Assembly: GCA_964347045.1 (NCBI GenBank)
Contig: CAYFXC010000012.1
Coordinates: forward strand, 31,819-43,420
From: an uncultured archaeon
GTDB taxonomy: Archaea > Asgardarchaeota > Hermodarchaeia > Hermodarchaeales > Hermodarchaeaceae
Direction of reading: 5' to 3'
Length of the DNA stretch: 11,602 nt
Shown here: piece by piece, positions 7,278-11,602 of the stretch
Position numbering within the stretch: the first letter of the stretch is position 1
Layout of the letters: every line of letters starts with the position of its first letter
Notes under the pieces: generated by a model
Told to the model about the DNA's origin: nothing
The model's database searches: none
The model's input: the letters and a program-made list of their open reading frames with translations, nothing else
Program-made: the position numbers and the translations under genes

Positions 7278-7315
7278 CACTGGAAAAAATTCACTTCTTT
7301 GGTTTTTTTCCAGTG
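7278..7315. other. Perfect 12-bp inverted repeat (RNA hairpin) with the UGA stop of the basic micropeptide in its loop
   Basis: CACTGGAAAAAA (7278-7289) and TTTTTTCCAGTG (7304-7315). The 14-nt loop 7290-7303 contains the stop codon at 7293-7291. Confidence 0.8.
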
Positions 7316-7356
7316 GAGGTCTTGGTCTTTTTCTTTGAAGATTTCTTTTTAGCCAT
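7291..7356 (-). CDS. 21-aa Lys-rich basic micropeptide
   Basis: MAKKKSSKKKTKTSTGKKPKK*, with 11 Lys and no acidic residue. ATG-GCT start, with GTGAT (7365-7361, the 3' part of the archaeal SD consensus) 4 nt before the ATG. Confidence 0.65.
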   Translation of the reverse strand: MAKKKSSKKKTKTSTGKKPKK

Positions 7357-7441
7357 GAGAATCACAGCAATTGATGCCTGTGGTCAGTTCTAAATCAAAA
7401 TTTTTTGAGAATGAAAAAGGATAATAAAAGGCAGAAGAACC

Positions 7442-7557
7442 AAATTGAGCTTTTATATTCCTCTTTTTTTAAAATAAACATCTTGTTCCATTTAAACTAA
7501 AAATTTGGGAATTAATGGTCAGTTTCAAAGAAAAAGAGGAGATTATAAGCTGAATTT
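7442..7557. repeat. Imperfect 29-bp inverted repeat bounding a 116-bp segment
   Basis: 7442-7470 AAATTGAGCTTTTATATTCCTCTTTTTTT versus the reverse complement of 7529-7557 AAATTCAGCTTATAATCTCCTCTTTTTCT: 23/29 identical. Confidence 0.6.
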
Positions 7558-8405
7558 CAAGTGTCACAAATTTTTAGCTGTTGATGGACCCTAGTTATTG
7601 CCAATGCAACACGACTCGCGATTTTGGTATAATCCATACCAAATTCATTTCTAAAAAATTGTGTAACTTTTCTAAGTAATTTTAATTGTAATTGTAATCG
7701 CAATAAAGCCATCTTATATGATTGTGATTGATTGTGTTTTGTTTGGGAGTTTTTTATTTCCAGATAAATAGAACGACATTTATCAACAATTCGTTGTGCT
7801 CTTTTTTCGATATTTGATTGAATCAATTGAGAGATAATCTCATCGGCGTTTGCCCCTAAGAGCTCAAGCCGAGGAGCATACCATACCCTAGCACCTAATT
7901 CAATAATTCGTGAAAGAAATTCACTTGGACGAATCAAAGATGTAGAATAGAGGCGAATACGTTTCGTTCGAATCTGAGGAAGCAGTATTACCCCAGATCT
8001 AATTCGAATCATAGGCGTACGTTGAACTAGGCGCGATAGTGCTCTACGTTGAAGAGCATTCTTTACAGGATCATATAGAACTATAATGTACCGCCTTGGA
8101 TTTGTAACAAATGAATTGGATGTATTTCTTGTGATTTTTGTAATATCGCGACGAGGAACGAAAGTAAGAAGATTTGAATTGTGAAAAATATGAGTATATT
8201 TTTCGAATTTCTTTTGTTTAATTTTTGCAAATACTCCAGGTCGTAAACAGATAACATTAGATTGCGTGGTAGGGGATTTCTTTTCAATTTTCTTAGCAAT
8301 AAATAGCTTGGAAAACCCCCTTAGGAGTATTGCGCCCTTTGGTCTTAGCTCCACTAGGTGCTCAGTATTTGAGTAAATCACACCATCCTTCGGGATTGAT
8401 GTCAT
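7557..8405 (-). CDS. Highly basic protein with a ChrB N-terminal / PaaX-like (Cas2-like fold plus helical bundle) domain; possible nucleic-acid-binding regulator
   Basis: 282 aa. RYIIVLYD....ALQRRALSRLV....IRIRSGVILLP, then EFLSRIIELGARV and long amphipathic helices, follows the ChrB-N/PaaX-middle pattern. The CDS is confident; the family call is tentative. Confidence 0.7.
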   Translation of the reverse strand: MTSIPKDGVIYSNTEHLVELRPKGAILLRGFSKLFIAKKIEKKSPTTQSNVICLRPGVFAKIKQKKFEKYTHIFHNSNLLTFVPRRDITKITRNTSNSFVTNPRRYIIVLYDPVKNALQRRALSRLVQRTPMIRIRSGVILLPQIRTKRIRLYSTSLIRPSEFLSRIIELGARVWYAPRLELLGANADEIISQLIQSNIEKRAQRIVDKCRSIYLEIKNSQTKHNQSQSYKMALLRLQLQLKLLRKVTQFFRNEFGMDYTKIASRVALAITRVHQQLKICDT

Positions 8406-8518
8406 ATTGCTAAAAAGGGGCTAAAATCTTGCTTATTCTGACCCCCCACTTACTCCTATTTTATCTTTTTTGTATAGATGAAAAGGGATTGAACTTAACG
8501 CGGTATTCATGAACGCGG

Positions 8519-11446
8519 CTAACTCGACCGTACCGTTAGGTAGAAGTATTCGGTTTCTGTGTGTACTCCATCAACAATGATTCGAAGTTCGATAATAAAT
8601 GTCGTCAGGAGAACACCTGGATCAAGGTTTTTGGCATGGATAGTAATTGTGCCACCCATCAGGTCCATTGGATACATCGTGGACATGCCAACATTATAGA
8701 GAAATACTCCACTCGAGAATGATGAGGTCACATTTGTATTATGGTAATAGATGTCGAAGTTAGGACTATAGACTGCGAGTTGGATGATAACATCGTTAGT
8801 AGAGCTATTCCCATTTTTAACAAGGTAATTGAGGGAGGCATCTTCACCCACATCAATGTCAAAGGGATCGAGACTGGTTTCCACAAAATTTACTCCAGTC
8901 ACAGTTTGATTGTAACCGAAGAAGAACTGAGCATAAGCCTCTGCGGCTGTGGCACCATACGCGACGTGATTGATATTTTCAGCATCCACCATTCCAACAA
9001 ATACAAGGGTTTCAACAAGAGATTGTCCTTGTGCTTGTTCAGCGTATACAGGAAAGAGGTAGACAAGTCTTTCACTGAGTGTCATGAGCAATCTGTTACC
9101 AATTCGATAGGGCTGAATAAGTACTAGGTCAGAACGGGCTTGTTGTTCAAAACTTTCAACTGCAGCATCGACTCCAAAGACAGGGCTTGTAGGTACTTGG
9201 GTTGTCGGATCGAGTGTGCCAGCACGAGCAAAAACTCCAGTTCCCACGTTCGGTCCATTTTTGAAGAGATAGAACCCTGCCATTTTTTGAGCTTCATGGC
9301 GAATATATCGGACAGCCTGATAACCGACCCAGTGAAGACTACCATTGAAAGGAAAGAGAACGTAGTGGATGTCAGGCTGGCTATGTGGTTTTTCAAAAAA
9401 GTCCGAATAGTTCCGCCATACCCAAGGATCAGTTACATGGTAGTAAAAATCTACAGCTAATTGGAAATCAATTAACTCTTCAGGATATCGAAGCTGATCT
9501 TCAAGCCACGCGGGAACATCAACCCAAGGATACCAGTTTTCATACAAAGATTCTATGAAGAACTGGGCTGGATCCGCATTGGGGTTGCGCACCCAAGTAA
9601 TTTCACCATTGGCAGAGTTTATCACAGCAAATCCGAGGAGTCGAAGATAGGATGATTGTGCGTATTGTAGCTGCATGGGATATCCACTGAAAATTGGGAC
9701 ACAGTAGAAAGCTTCTCGGTCAATACGATTGAATACCAAATAGGGATCATTGTCAGTATACATGAATGGTAAAAGAATTGCTTCCACACGGTTTTGTATA
9801 TCACGGTGAATTAGCATATTGGCGACAGGTTCATTAAAGGCAAGCCATGTAAAGCTTAGATCTTCAATACTCCAGATTAGTTTCTTTAGAGCAAGTTCAG
9901 CACCTGAGAGTCGGTAGTCGGGTTCTCCTTCCCAACTATACACTCCAGTCTCTGGAGCAATTGTTGTGTCCACGAGGACAAAGCCTTCAAATCCATTATT
10001 ATATGCAGTAGGAGGAGATTCACCATAGTAAATCGGAAAGTTAGCATTCACTCCAAAGATACTGAGAAATTGACTTCCTGTAAGAAACTCACCCGTAGCG
10101 CTACTGGCATCTAAAGCAGAGGCACCTTCAGCATGTGTATAGAGAATATACTCTTTATGAAAATCATCGCGACTTGGCGGTGTGAGAGAATAGGGAGTTA
10201 TCCAGTATTCTCTTCCACCAACATATACAATATCACTATCGGAAAGCGACATCCAATTTGCGATGGTTTGACTTCGCATCTTATTACGGCTTGCTTCAAA
10301 ATCCCAGAGTCTCGAATGTCCAAGAACTTCTCCGTCAGAGACACCAGAATTATTTACTAGCTCCTCATAGGGCAGTTCAGTGGTATCTGGTCCACCAGCC
10401 CAATTTGTGAATTGAATTTCTTTTGTCACGAGTGGATTCCAGTGCCAAGGTTCCCACATTTGACCTTGAATCGGTCCCGCAACAAGATAGCCTGTGTAAA
10501 GGGCTGGTCCGACAATGAGAGCAATTGCTACGATACCTAATCCTACATAGACACGTCGATTCATCCGCGGAACTTCACCTGCGCGGCCAAAACGACCAAA
10601 TATGGTTAATCCAAATGAAATGGCACATATTGTCACAAAGAAAACGAAAAGAATGAGAATTTGAAGAACGAAAAATTGAGTACCTACATCTACTTCTATA
10701 TAGGGAACTCCAAGTAGAATCCAAAAGAGAGCTAACACAACGATAAAAGAAATGGAGGCAAGGACGCGAATTTCAGGATACTCTGTTGACCGTCCAACAC
10801 GACCAAAGTAGTGGATGAGATCAAACACAACTCGAACTCCAATAATAATTAGAAAAAGTGTCGTGAAGGTAAAGAATATGGTATATTGAACCTCAATAGT
10901 CGAGATTAGGTTTGCAACGACATTGGTGGGAACCATGGGATTGAAAATGAGTTGAAATACTGCAGGCACCTGACTCCAGTCACCAACCCCAGAGGCTGAA
11001 CTTTGAAACAATAATGCCACGTAACGCATATTCTCTGTGAAAATGAAAGTTAACACAAGATAAGATCCAACAAAAAGGATGGCTTTCCACGCCGCAACAA
11101 TATACCATTGAGGGATTCGCCGGCTACTGAATCGATCACTCATGTAGACTAGATTTAACGTTTTTGATTCCCAGGGTAACCCAAAAAAAGTAATAATTAT
11201 CGCCATCGGAATGCCTACAAAGAAGAGCAGTCCATTAAGAGAATAGGTGGCCCACCAGGACACACCTGCTTTGTTGAGATACATTATATCCAAAATCTTC
11301 CAATCTAAAAGTAGATTCTGAATGCCAATCGATGCAACCGCAATTATAACGATAATAATGATTGCAACAATAACTCCTACGAGTATCTTTCTTTGCGAAC
11401 GGCCAACTGATATCATTCGTCGTGATTCATAATCCAAATACGACAC
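8519..11446 (-). CDS. UPF0182 family (COG1615) membrane protein with a C-terminal Ig-like domain
   Basis: About 8 N-terminal TM helices, then the motifs SRLWD, LYTHAEG, IYYGE, HRDIQNRV, DNDPYLV, LRYPEEL...Q....YHVTDP and GNRL. The last ~125 aa are beta-rich with N-x-S/T sequons. Start is GTG 11446 or ATG 11416. Confidence 0.92.
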   Translation of the reverse strand: MSYLDYESRRMISVGRSQRKILVGVIVAIIIIVIIAVASIGIQNLLLDWKILDIMYLNKAGVSWWATYSLNGLLFFVGIPMAIIITFFGLPWESKTLNLVYMSDRFSSRRIPQWYIVAAWKAILFVGSYLVLTFIFTENMRYVALLFQSSASGVGDWSQVPAVFQLIFNPMVPTNVVANLISTIEVQYTIFFTFTTLFLIIIGVRVVFDLIHYFGRVGRSTEYPEIRVLASISFIVVLALFWILLGVPYIEVDVGTQFFVLQILILFVFFVTICAISFGLTIFGRFGRAGEVPRMNRRVYVGLGIVAIALIVGPALYTGYLVAGPIQGQMWEPWHWNPLVTKEIQFTNWAGGPDTTELPYEELVNNSGVSDGEVLGHSRLWDFEASRNKMRSQTIANWMSLSDSDIVYVGGREYWITPYSLTPPSRDDFHKEYILYTHAEGASALDASSATGEFLTGSQFLSIFGVNANFPIYYGESPPTAYNNGFEGFVLVDTTIAPETGVYSWEGEPDYRLSGAELALKKLIWSIEDLSFTWLAFNEPVANMLIHRDIQNRVEAILLPFMYTDNDPYLVFNRIDREAFYCVPIFSGYPMQLQYAQSSYLRLLGFAVINSANGEITWVRNPNADPAQFFIESLYENWYPWVDVPAWLEDQLRYPEELIDFQLAVDFYYHVTDPWVWRNYSDFFEKPHSQPDIHYVLFPFNGSLHWVGYQAVRYIRHEAQKMAGFYLFKNGPNVGTGVFARAGTLDPTTQVPTSPVFGVDAAVESFEQQARSDLVLIQPYRIGNRLLMTLSERLVYLFPVYAEQAQGQSLVETLVFVGMVDAENINHVAYGATAAEAYAQFFFGYNQTVTGVNFVETSLDPFDIDVGEDASLNYLVKNGNSSTNDVIIQLAVYSPNFDIYYHNTNVTSSFSSGVFLYNVGMSTMYPMDLMGGTITIHAKNLDPGVLLTTFIIELRIIVDGVHTETEYFYLTVRSS

Positions 11447-11485
11447 CTTTCTAACAACGGGTTCTCTTTGAGTACTCTACAATAT

Positions 11486-11493
11486 CATTAAAA
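11486..11493 (-). promoter_or_regulatory. TATA-like box upstream of the UPF0182 gene
   Basis: Minus-strand TTTTAATG about 40 nt upstream of GTG 11446. Confidence 0.35.
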
Positions 11494-11602
11494 GTTTAGG
11501 CTTAAGACTTTTGAGTTGATACTAGAGGTAACAATTGCAAAAGGATTAAGTTCATCTATTCTGATTGGCTTGCAGAACCGGCGGAATTAAAATGAGGCAG
11601 AA

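Noticed and set aside
5290-7293. In-frame TGAs at 5290 and 7291 as selenocysteine or a reassigned codon (both follow AAG)
   Set aside because: Neither lies in a Cys-like redox context and I see no SECIS-like hairpin downstream. The 894-aa and 975-aa genes contain no internal TGA, and the 7557-8405 gene ends in TGA, so the standard code applies. The shared AAG context is probably chance.
7557-8405. Calling this gene cas2 or a CRISPR locus
   Set aside because: Much longer than Cas2, and there is no repeat-spacer array or other cas gene in the window.
8402-8460. 15-codon GTG uORF whose stop overlaps the ATG at 8405
   Set aside because: The SD-like GGAG is only 3 nt from the GTG and the peptide is featureless. 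Insufficient support.
8081-10360. Short ORFs within the ChrB-like and UPF0182 genes
   Set aside because: Off-frame or antisense overlaps of strong CDSs.
11500-11602. Possible gene start or end at the right edge
   Set aside because: Too little sequence to support any call.

Overview
Archaeal genomic window, most likely from an Asgard archaeon. That assignment is inferred from the Loki/Heimdall-style TPR protein, GGTGA/GAGGTGA ribosome-binding sites, TATA-like boxes and an eL41 gene. Left to right it holds: a membrane protein cut by the window edge; a small Met-rich membrane protein; an unexplained ~400-bp spacer with hairpins; a 22-aa ribosomal protein eL41/eS32 gene below the ORF-track cutoff; a possible 39-aa sORF; an 894-aa TPR-nitrilase fusion with an intact Glu-Lys-Cys triad; a tocopherol-cyclase-family pseudogene (one frameshift, one nonsense codon); a DUF362 protein with a coupled hypothetical gene; a micropeptide locus; a basic ChrB-N/PaaX-like protein; and a UPF0182 membrane protein with a C-terminal Ig-like domain. 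The most unusual element is the micropeptide locus at 7066-7356 (minus strand). A 21-aa Lys-rich peptide (+11) and a 27-aa Trp-acidic peptide (-12) share one frame. They are joined by 47 stop-free codons and separated by a single UGA that lies in the loop of a perfect 12-bp hairpin. No tRNA, rRNA, CRISPR array or transposase was found. All family calls rest on motif recognition by eye, not on database searches.
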